Positions 50,352 through 64,000 of a DNA stretch of 64,000 bases are shown one piece after another; positions within the stretch are counted from its first letter, which is position 1, and each line of letters begins with the position of its first letter. Made by a program: the position numbers and the translations under genes. The notes beneath the pieces are model-generated. The model saw only the letters and a list, made by a program, of their open reading frames with translations, was not told the origin of the DNA and made no database searches. Origin of the DNA: the human T2T-CHM13v2.0 reference genome, Homo sapiens; the NCBI RefSeq assembly GCF_009914755.1, contig NC_060948.1; one strand, written 5' to 3'.

Positions 50352-52479
50352 AGATCCATATTTTTTAAATGAAAAAAAATTTCAAAGGTACTCTGCTTGG
50401 TACAATAATCAAATGTATAAACTGAGGAATAAAACATAACCATGAAACCTACTTATAACTGCATATGGAAAATACAGAGGATAATTTTTTAAATAACATA
50501 TTTTGAAAGCCTTAACTAGTAATTTGAAGAGTTGGCATTTGAAAGGCCAGTATGAATATACCTTCAAAGCAGCAACACAGGTTCCCCATGAGAAAAAGCA
50601 AACACAGGGAAAATAAAAACACAAAGGTTCAATCTCTTCTGACCTTTGAAAGACACAGCACAGACAGTGGTCCTTAGGACGAAGAGCAGGAGACCCCTAA
50701 TTCCGTCACCATGGCGATAGGGCATAAACATTGCTGGGTGAGGGCACAATCCACATTGTGAGGTCCAACTGCTGCCAGGAAGACAGGAGTGCTTTTACAT
50801 AGACCGAAAGGTCATTGAAGGCTCAGAGTTTTGTTTCAAGAACTGAATCCCAAGCCCACACGTTATTAGGCTGCGCTTCTTAAAACAAGTTATGAGATGG
50901 GAAAAAGGGCACCCACAAACATACGTATACATTATGTATATAATAATATACAGTATCATATATATAATATATATAACCTATGTATAATATTGTTTTACAT
51001 CCTGCATCTTATGTTATATATATTGTATAAAATATAATAATTGATAATATATAAGTTTTATAATTATACAATATGACATATAGTATATATTATAATTTAT
51101 GACATATATAATATATGTTATATGTCATATATAGAATATATTATACGGTTAATATACGTATTAAATATAAATTATACATTATATATATTATATATAATAT
51201 ATCTGTTATATATAATACCCATTATGCATAATATATATATTATGTCTATGTTATATATAGTATAAAACAACATATAATAATATATAATTGTATATATAAA
51301 ATGCGACATATAATATATATTATATTTTATAACATATGTAATATATATTATATATTATATATAATACGTTGTATGTATAATACCTATATTAAATATATAT
51401 TATATGACTATGTTATTAATTACATGTCACATGTGTTATATATTATATATTTTACATAGAATATACCGGTTACATACAATATATACTATGTTACCTATAA
51501 TGTATAATTTATTACATGTAAAATAAAGAATGCAATATATTATGTATAATTTATAATATACCATATGTGGAATGTGATATATATAACATATAATATATGA
51601 TATATGATATACAGTATATGATATATAACATAAAATATATGATTCCTAATATATATGGTATACAATATATATTTTATGATATGTATTCTATATGTTTTAT
51701 ATTCTGTTATATATAACTATTTGAAATTATATATAACTGTATAATATTTTATGTAAATATGTAATATAATATATATAACTATATAATATATTATATATAA
51801 CTATATATTATGTTATATATACTTTTATAACATAATTTACATAAAATATCATAATATAATATATATTATATTATTTCATATTACATAATATATATTACAT
51901 ATCACCCAATATAACTAACATACATAATATTATAATATAGATTATATTGTGTTATATTAAATATCATATATATCATGTATCATATATTCTATAATATATA
52001 TTACACATTATATAATATGTATGTTGTCTATTATGTGATATATATAACTATATATATAATTATATTTTTATACATATAACTAGATAAACATGTAATTCTA
52101 CATATTTTCATTTATAATATGTATAATTATATAATCATATATAATTATTTATATTCTATAAAAAATTTTATCATTATATAAATTATAATATATAAAAATT
52201 GTAATATGTACTACAAATATATATATTATATATCATATATGATATAGTACTATTGTTATATTTCATAATACATATAAATGTGTATTATGTTATCTATAAT
52301 TATATAATTTCATATATAAGATGTATAATATGTATCATAAAATATATATGTTGTGTAATATATATAGTATATATAAGATGACACAGGATAAATATTATAT
52401 ACTATGACATATAAAATATATGAGGTTATATGTTACATATAAGGCATAGCACATAACATGTAATATATATCATATATAA

Positions 52480-52771
52480 TTTTTTTTTAGACAGAATCTT
52501 GTCCTGTTGCACAGGGTGGGGTACAATGGCGCCATCTTTGCTGACTGCAAATTCTGCCTCACGGGTCCAAGCGATTGTCCTCCCTCAGCCTCCCAGGTAG
52601 CTGGGACTACACCACACTGGGACTACACCAGCTGCCACCATGCCTAGCTAATTTTTTGGATTTTTAGTAGTGACAGCGTTTCACTGTATTGGCCAGGATG
52701 GTCTTGATCTCTTCACCTTGTGATCCCCTTGCCTTGGCCTCCAAATTTGCTGGGATTACAGGCCTGAGCCA
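52480..52771 (-). mobile_element. Diverged Alu SINE, unit 22
   Basis: Same Alu hallmarks as unit 1. Confidence 0.95.
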
Positions 52772-54873
52772 AGATCCATATTTTTTAAATGAAAAAAAAT
52801 TTCAAAGGTACTCTGCTTGGTACAATAATCAAATGTATAAACTGAGGAATAAAACATAACCATGAAACCTACTTATAACTGCATATGGAAAATACAGAGG
52901 ATAATTTTTTAAATAACATATTTTGAAAGCCTTAACTAGTAATTTGAAGAGTTGGCATTTGAAAGGCCAGTATGAATATACCTTCAAAGCAGCAACACAG
53001 GTTCCCCATGAGAAAAAGCAAACACAGGGAAAATAAAAACACAAAGGTTCAATCTCTTCTGACCTTTGAAAGACACAGCACAGACAGTGGTCCTTAGGAC
53101 GAAGAGCAGGAGACCCCTAATTCCGTCACCATGGCGATAGGGCATAAACATTGCTGGGTGAGGGCACAATCCACATTGTGAGGTCCAACTGCTGCCAGGA
53201 AGACAGGAGTGCTTTTACATAGACCGAAAGGTCATTGAAGGCTCAGAGTTTTGTTTCAAGAACTGAATCCCAAGCCCACACGTTATTAGGCTGCGCTTCT
53301 TAAAACAAGTTATGAGATGGGAAAAAGGGCACCCACAAACATACGTATACATTATGTATATAATAATATACAGTATCATATATATAATATATATAACCTA
53401 TGTATAATATTGTTTTACATCCTGCATCTTATGTTATATATATTGTATAAAATATAATAATTGATAATATATAAGTTTTATAATTATACAATATGACATA
53501 TAGTATATATTATAATTTATGACATATATAATATATGTTATATGTCATATATAGAATATATTATACGGTTAATATACGTATTAAATATAAATTATACATT
53601 ATATATATTATATATAATATATCTGTTATATATAATACCCATTATGCATAATATATATATTATGTCTATGTTATATATAGTATAAAACAACATATAATAA
53701 TATATAATTGTATATATAAAATGCGACATATAATATATATTATATTTTATTACATATGTAATATATATTATATATTATATATAATACGTTGTATGTATAA
53801 TACCTATATTAAATATATATTATATGACTATGTTATTAATTACATGTCACATGCGTTATATATTATATATTTTACATAGAATATACCGGTTACATACAAT
53901 ATATACTATGTTACCTATAACGTATAATTTATTACATGTAAAATAAAGAATGCAATATATTATGTAAAATTTATAATATACCATATGTGGAATGTGATAT
54001 ATATAACATATAATATATGATATATGATGTACAGTATATGATATATAACATACAATATATGATTCCTAATATATATGGTATACAATATATATTTTATGTT
54101 ATGTATTCTATATGTTTTATATTCTGTTATATATAACTATTTGAAATTATATATAACTGTATAATATTTTATGTAAATATGTAATATAATATATATAACT
54201 ATATAATATATTATATATAACTATATATTATGTTATATATACTTTTATAACATAATTTACATAAAATATAATATAATATATATTATATTATTTCATATTA
54301 CATAATATATATTACATATCACCCAATATAACTAACATACATAATATTATAATATAGATTATATTATGTTATATTAAATATCATATATATCATGTATCAT
54401 ATATTCTATAATATATATTACACCTTATATAATATGTATGTTGTCTATTATGTGATATATATAACTATATATATAATTATATTTTTATACATATAACTAG
54501 ATAAACATGTAATTCTACATATTTCCATTTATAATATGTAGAATTATATAATCATATATAATTATTTATATTCTATAAAAAATTTTATCATTATATAAAT
54601 TATAATATATAAAAATTATAATATGTACTACAAATATATATATTATATATCATATATGATATAGTACCTTTGTTATATATCATAATACATATAAATGTGT
54701 ATTATGTTATCTATAATTATATAATTTCATATATAAGATGTATAATATGTATCATATATTATATATGTTATGTAATATATATAGTATATATAAGATGACA
54801 CAGGATAAATATTATATACTATGACATATAAAATATATGAGGTTATATGTTACATATAAGGCATAGCACATAA

Positions 54874-55188
<315 letters not shown>

Positions 55189-57316
55189 AGATCCATATTT
55201 TTTAAATGAAAAAAAATTTCAAAGGTACTCTGCTTGGTACAATAATCAAATGTATAAACTGAGGAATAAAACATAACCATGAAACCTACTTATAACTGCA
55301 TATGGAAAATACAGAGGATAATTTTTTAAATAACATATTTTGAAAGCCTTAACTAGTAATTTGAAGAGCTGGCATTTGAAAGGCCAGTATGAATATACCT
55401 TCAAAGCAGCAACACAGGTTCCCCATGAGAAAAAGCAAACACAGGGAAAATAAAACCACAAAGGTTCAATCTCTTCTGACCTTTGAAAGACACAGCACAG
55501 ACAGTGGTCCTTAGGACGAAGAGCAGGAGACCCCTAATTCCGTCACCATGGCGATAGGGCATAAACATTGCTGGGTGAGGGCACAATCCACATTGTGAGG
55601 TCCAACTGCTGCCAGGAAGACAGGAGTGCTTTTACATAGACCGAAAGGTAATTGAAGGCTCAGAGTTTTCTTTCAAGAACTGAATCCCAAGCCCACACGT
55701 TATTAGGCTGCGCTTCTTAAAACAAGTTATGAGATGGGAAAAAGGGCACCCACAAACATACGTATACATTATGTATATAATAATATACAGTATCATATAT
55801 ATAATATATATAACCTATGTATAATATTGTTTTACATCCTGCATCTTATGTTATATATATTGTATAAAATATAATAATTGATAATATATAAGTTTTATAA
55901 TTATACAATATGACATATAGTATATATTATAATTTATGACATATATAATATATGTTATATGTCATATATAGAATATATTATACGGTTAATATACGTATTA
56001 AATATAAATTATACATTATATATATTATATATAATATATCTGTTATATATAATACCCATTATGCATAATATATATATTATGTCTATGTTATATATAGTAT
56101 AAAACAACATATAATAATATATAATTGTATATATAAAATGCGACATATAATATATATTATATTTTATAACATATGTAATATATATTATATATTATATATA
56201 ATACGTTGTATGTATAATACCAATATTAAATATATATTATATGACTATGTTATTAATTACGTGTCACATGTGTTATATATTATATATTTTACATAGAATA
56301 TACCGGTTACATACAATATATACTATGTTACCTATAATGTATAATTTATTACATGTAAAATAAAGAATGCAATATATTATGTAAAATTTATAATATACCA
56401 TATGTGGAATGTGATATATATAACATATAATATATGATATATGATGTACAGTATATGATATATAACATACAATATATGATTCCTAATATATATGGTATAC
56501 AATATATATTTTATGTTATGTATTCTATATGTTTTATATTCTGTTATATATAACTATATGAAATTATATATAACTGTATAATATTTTATGTAAATATGTA
56601 ATATAATATATATAACTATATAATATATTATATATAACTATATATTATGTTATATATACTTTTATAACATAATTTACATAAAATATCATAATATAATATA
56701 TATTATATTATTTCATATTACATAATATATATTACATATCACCCAATATAAATAACATACATAATATTATAATATAGATTATATTATGTTATATTAAATA
56801 TCATATATATCATGTATCATATATTCTATAATATATATTACACCTTATATAATATGTATGTTGTCTATTATGTGATATATATAACTATATATATAATTAT
56901 ATTTTTATACATATAACTAGATAAACATGTAATTCTACATATTTCCATTTATAATATGTAGAATTATATATTCATATATAATTATTTATATTCTATAAAA
57001 AATTTTATCATTATATAAATTATAATATATAAAAATTATAATATGTACTACAAATATATATATTATATATCATATATGATATAGTACTATTGTTATATTT
57101 CATAATACATATAAATGTGTATTATGTTATCTATAATTATATAATTTCATATATAAGATGTATAATATGTATCATAAAATATATATGTTGTGTAATATAT
57201 ATAGTATATATAAGATGACACAGGATAAATATTATATACTATGACATATAAAATATATGAGGTTATATGTTACATATAAGGCATAGCACATAACATGTAA
57301 TATATATCATATATAA

Positions 57317-57608
57317 TTTTTTTTTAGACAGAATCTTGTCCTGTTGCACAGGGTGGGGTACAATGGCGCCATCTTTGCTGACGGCAAATTCTGCCTCACG
57401 GGTCCAAGCGATTGTCCTCCCTCAGCCTCCCAGGTAGCTGGGACTACACCACACTGGGACTACACCAGCTGCCACCATGCCTAGCTAATTTTTTGGATTT
57501 TTAGTAGTGACAGCGTTTCACTGTATTGGCCAGGATGGTCTTGATCTCTTCACCTTGTGATCCCCTTGCCTTGGCCTCCAAATTTGCTGGGATTACAGGC
57601 CTGAGCCA
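57317..57608 (-). mobile_element. Diverged Alu SINE, unit 24
   Basis: Same Alu hallmarks as unit 1. Confidence 0.95.
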
Positions 57609-59713
57609 AGATCCATATTTTTTAAATGAAAAAAAATTTCAAAGGTACTCTGCTTGGTACAATAATCAAATGTATAAACTGAGGAATAAAACATAACCAT
57701 GAAACCTACTTATAACTGCATATGGAAAATACAGAGGATAATTTTTTAAATAACATATTTTGAAAGCCTTAACTAGTAATTTGAAGAGTTGGCATTTGAA
57801 AGGCCAGTATGAATATACCTTCAAAGCAGCAACACAGGTTCCCCATGAGAAAAAGCAAACACAGGGAAAATAAAAACACAAAGGTTCAATCTCTTCTGAC
57901 CTTTGAAAGACACAGCACAGACAGTGGTCCTTAGGACGAAGAGCAGGAGACCCCTAATTCCGTCACCATGGCGATAGGGCATAAACATTGCTGGGTGAGG
58001 GCACAATCCACATTGTGAGGTCCAACTGCTGCCAGGAAGACAGGAGTGCTTTTACATAGACCGAAAGGTCATTGAAGGCTCAGAGTTTTGTTTCAAGAAC
58101 TGAATCCCAAGCCCACACGTTATTAGGCTGCGCTTCTTAAAACAAGTTATGAGATGGGAAAAAGGGCACCCACAAACATACGTATACATTATGTATATAA
58201 TAATATACAGTATCATATATATAATATATATAACCTATGTATAATATTGTTTTACATCCTGCATCTTATGTTATATATATTGTATAAAATATAATAATTG
58301 ATAATATATAAGTTTTATAATTATACAATATGACATATAGTATATATTATAATTTATGACATATATAATATATGTTATATGTCATATATAGAATATATTA
58401 TACGGTTAATATACGTATTAAATATAAATTATACATTATATATATTATATATAATATATCTGTTATATATAATACCCATTATGCATAATATATATATTAT
58501 GTCTATGTTATATATAGTATAAAACAACATATAATAATATATAATTGTATATATAAAATGCGACATATAATATATATTATATTTTATTACATATGCAATA
58601 TATATTATATATTATATATAATACGTTGTATGTATAATACCTATATTAAATATATATTATATGACTATGTTATTAATTACATGTCACATGCGTTATATAT
58701 TATATATTTTACATAGAATATACCGGTTACATACAATATATACTATGTTACCTATAATGTATAATTTATTACATGTAAAATAAAGAATGCAATATATTAT
58801 GTAAAATTTATAATATACCATATGTGGAATGTGATATATATAACATATAATATATGATATATGATGTACAGTATATGATATATAACATACAATATATGAT
58901 TCCTAATATATATGGTATACAATATATATTTTATGTTATGTATTCTATATGTTTTATATTCTGTTATATATAACTATTTGAAATTATATATAACTGTATA
59001 ATATTTTATGTAAATATGTAATATAATATATATAACTATATAATATATTATATATAACTATATATTATGTTATATATACTTTTATAACATAATTTACATA
59101 AAATATCATAATATAATATATATTATATTATTTCATATTACATAATATATATTACATATCACCCAATATAACTAACATACATAATATTATAATATAGATT
59201 ATATTATGTTATATTAAATATCATATATATCATGTATCATATATTCTATAATATATATTACACCTTATATAATATGTATGTTGTCTATTATGTGATATAT
59301 ATAACTATATATATAATTATATTTTTATACATATAACTAGATAAACATGTAATTCTACATATTTCCATTTATAATATGTAGAATTATATAATCATATATA
59401 ATTATTTATATTCTATAAAAAATTTTATCATTATATAAATTATAATATATAAAAATTATAATATGTACTACAAATATATATATTATATATCATATATGAT
59501 ATAGTACCTTTGTTATATATCATAATACATATAAATGTGTATTATGTTATCTATAATTATATAATTTCATATATAAGATGTATAATATGTATCATATATT
59601 ATATATGTTATGTAATATATATAGTATATATAAGATGACACAGGATAAATATTATATACTATGACATATAAAATATATGAGGTTATATGTTACATATAAG
59701 GCATAGCACATAA

Positions 59714-60028
<315 letters not shown>

Positions 60029-62156
60029 AGATCCATATTTTTTAAATGAAAAAAAATTTCAAAGGTACTCTGCTTGGTACAATAATCAAATGTATAAACT
60101 GAGGAATAAAACATAACCATGAAACCTACTTATAACTGCATATGGAAAATACAGAGGATAATTTTTTAAATAACATATTTTGAAAGCCTTAACTAGTAAT
60201 TTGAAGAGCTGGCATTTGAAAGGCCAGTATGAATATACCTTCAAAGCAGCAACACAGGTTCCCCATGAGAAAAAGCAAACACAGGGAAAATAAAACCACA
60301 AAGGTTCAATCTCTTCTGACCTTTGAAAGACACAGCACAGACAGTGGTCCTTAGGACGAAGAGCAGGAGACCCCTAATTCCGTCACCATGGCGATAGGGC
60401 ATAAACATTGCTGGGTGAGGGCACAATCCACATTGTGAGGTCCAACTGCTGCCAGGAAGACAGGAGTGCTTTTACATAGACCGAAAGGTCATTGAAGGCT
60501 CAGAGTTTTGTTTCAAGAACTGAATCCCAAGCCCACACGTTATTAGGCTGCGCTTCTTAAAACAAGTTATGAGATGGGAAAAAGGGCACCCACAAACATA
60601 CGTATACATTATGTATATAATAATATACAGTATCATATATATAATATATATAACCTATGTATAATATTGTTTTACATCCTGCATCTAATGTTATATATAT
60701 TGTATAAAATATAATAATTGATAATATATAAGTTTTATAATTATACAATATGACATATAGTATATATTATAATTTATGACATATATAATATATGTTATAT
60801 GTCATATATAGAATATATTATACGGTTAATATACGTATTAAATATAAATTATACATTATATATATTATATATAATATATCTGTTATATATAATACCCATT
60901 ATGCATAATATATATATTATGTCTATGTTATATATAGCATAAAACAACATATAATAATATATAATTGTATATATAAAATGCGACATATAATATATATTAT
61001 ATTTTATTACATATGTAATATATATTATATATTATATATAATACGTTGTATGTATAATACCTATATTAAATATATATTATATGACTATGTTATTAATTAC
61101 ATGTCACATGCGTTATATATTATATATTTTATATAGAATATACCGGTTACATACAATATATACTATGTTACCTATAATGTATAATTTATTACATGTAAAA
61201 TAAAGAATGCAATATATTATGTAAAATTTATAATATACCATATGTGGAATGTGATATATATAACATATAATATATGATATATGATGTACAGTATATGATA
61301 TATAACATACAATATATGATTCCTAATATATATGGTATACAATATATATTTTATGTTATGTATTCTATATGTTTTATATTCTGTTATATATAACTATTTG
61401 AAATTATATATAACTGTATAATATTTTATGTAAATATGTAATATAATATATATAACTATATAATATATTATATATAACTATATATTATGTTATATATACT
61501 TTTATAACATAATTTACATAAAATATCATAATATAATATATATTATATTATTTCATATTACATAATATATATTACATATCACCCAATATAACTAACATAC
61601 ATAATATTATAATATAGATTATATTATGTTATATTAAATATCATATATATCATGTATCATATATTCTATAATATATATTACACCTTATATAATATGTATG
61701 TTGTCTATTATGTGATATATATAACTATATATATAATTATATTTTTATACATATAACTAGATAAACATGTAATTCTACATATTTTCATTTATAATATGTA
61801 GAATTATATAATCATATATAATTATTTATATTCTATAAAAAATTTTATCATTATATAAATTATAATATATAAAAATTATAATATGTACTACAAATATATA
61901 TATTATATATCATATATGATATAGTACTATTGTTATATTTCATAATACATATAAATGTGTATTATGTTATCTATAATTATATAATTTCATATATAAGATG
62001 TATAATATGTATCATAAAATATATATGTTGTGTAATATATATAGTATATATAAGATGACACAGGATAAATATTATATACTATGACATATAAAATATATGA
62101 GGTTATATGTTACATATAAGGCATAGCACATAACATGTAATATATATCATATATAA

Positions 62157-62448
62157 TTTTTTTTTAGACAGAATCTTGTCCTGTTGCACAGGGTGGGGTA
62201 CAATGGCGCCATCTTTGCTGACTGCAAATTCTGCCTCACGGGTCCAAGCGATTGTCCTCCCTCAGCCTCCCAGGTAGCTGGGACTACACCACACTGGGAC
62301 TACACCAGCTGCCACCATGCCTAGCTAATTTTTTGGATTTTTAGTAGTGACAGCGTTTCACTGTATTGGCCAGGATGGTCTTGATCTCTTCACCTTGTGA
62401 TCCCCTTGCCTTGGCCTCCAAATTTGCTGGGATTACAGGCCTGAGCCA
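62157..62448 (-). mobile_element. Diverged Alu SINE, unit 26
   Basis: Same Alu hallmarks as unit 1. Confidence 0.95.
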
Positions 62449-64000
62449 AGATCCATATTTTTTAAATGAAAAAAAATTTCAAAGGTACTCTGCTTGGTAC
62501 AATAATCAAATGTATAAACTGAGGAATAAAACATAACCATGAAACCTACTTATAACTGCATATGGAAAATACAGAGGATAATTTTTTAAATAACATATTT
62601 TGAAAGCCTTAACTAGTAATTTGAAGAGTTGGCATTTGAAAGGCCAGTATGAATATACCTTCAAAGCAGCAACACAGGTTCCCCATGAGAAAAAGCAAAC
62701 ACAGGGAAAATAAAAACACAAAGGTTCAATCTCTTCTGACCTTTGAAAGACACAGCACAGACAGTGGTCCTTAGGACGAAGAGCAGGAGACCCCTAATTC
62801 CGTCACCATGGCGATAGGGCATAAACATTGCTGGGTGAGGGCACAATCCACATTGTGAGGTCCAACTGCTGCCAGGAAGACAGGAGTGCTTTTACATAGA
62901 CCGAAAGGTCATTGAAGGCTCAGAGTTTTGTTTCAAGAACTGAATCCCAAGCCCACACGTTATTAGGCTGCGCTTCTTAAAACAAGTTATGAGATGGGAA
63001 AAAGGGCACCCACAAACATACGTATACATTATGTATATAATAATATACAGTATCATATATATAATATATATAACCTATGTATAATATTGTTTTACATCCT
63101 GCATCTTATGTTATATATATTGTATAAAATATAATAATTGATAATATATAAGTTTTATAATTATACAATATGACATATAGTATATATTATAATTTATGAC
63201 ATATATAATATATGTTATATGTCATATATAGAATATATTATACGGTTAATATACGTATTAAATATAAATTATACATTATATATATTATATATAATATATC
63301 TGTTATATATAATACCCATTATGCATAATATATATATTATGTCTATGTTATATATAGCATAAAACAACATATAATAATATATAATTGTATATATAAAATG
63401 CGACATATAATATATATTATATTTTATTACATATGTAATATATATTATATATTATATATAATACGTTGTATGTATAATACCTATATTAAATATATATTAT
63501 ATGACTATGTTATTAATTACATGTCACATGCGTTATATATTATATATTTTATATAGAATATACCGGTTACATACAATATATACTATGTTACCTATAATGT
63601 ATAATTTATTACATGTAAAATAAAGAATGCAATATATTATGTAAAATTTATAATATACCATATGTGGAATGTGATATATATAACATATAATATATGATAT
63701 ATGATGTACAGTATATGATATATAACATACAATATATGATTCCTAATATATATGGTATACAATATATATTTTATGTTATGTATTCTATATGTTTTATATT
63801 CTGTTATATATAACTATTTGAAATTATATATAACTGTATAATATTTTATGTAAATATGTAATATAATATATATAACTATATAATATATTATATATAACTA
63901 TATATTATGTTATATATACTTTTATAACATAATTTACATAAAATATCATAATATAATATATATTATATTATTTCATATTACATAATATATATTACATATC

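Overview
The whole window is one head-to-tail tandem array of a ~2,420-bp unit: 26 complete copies plus a partial 27th, all in the same orientation and differing only at scattered sites. Each unit has three parts: a ~1.55-kb extremely AT-rich degenerate simple repeat, a ~290-bp diverged minus-strand Alu with a private internal duplication, and a ~570-bp more GC-balanced segment matching the position and size of HSATI. This organisation, the unit length and a predicted ~2.15-kb HaeIII fragment identify it as primate (most likely human) DYZ2/HSat1B satellite, typical of Yq12 heterochromatin. Related copies exist on acrocentric arms and in 22q11 low-copy repeats, so the locus itself is inferred. 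There are no credible protein-coding genes, and I see no evidence of a new gene system. The informative signal is in the unit-to-unit variants, which I read by eye and which should be confirmed by alignment. They record a ~4.3-unit block duplication at 21,778-bp offset, an apparently identical adjacent unit pair, a second block duplication at 19,357-bp offset, alternating haplotypes resembling an incipient 2-mer higher-order repeat, and gene-conversion-like patches. Unit starts (gctcagagtt phase): U1 1, U2 2421, U3 4841, U4 7261, U5 9681, U6 12101, U7 14519, U8 16939, U9 19359, U10 21779, U11 24199, U12 26619, U13 29039, U14 31459, U15 33879, U16 36301, U17 38721, U18 41141, U19 43561, U20 45981, U21 48401, U22 50821, U23 53241, U24 55658, U25 58078, U26 60498, U27 62918 (partial).
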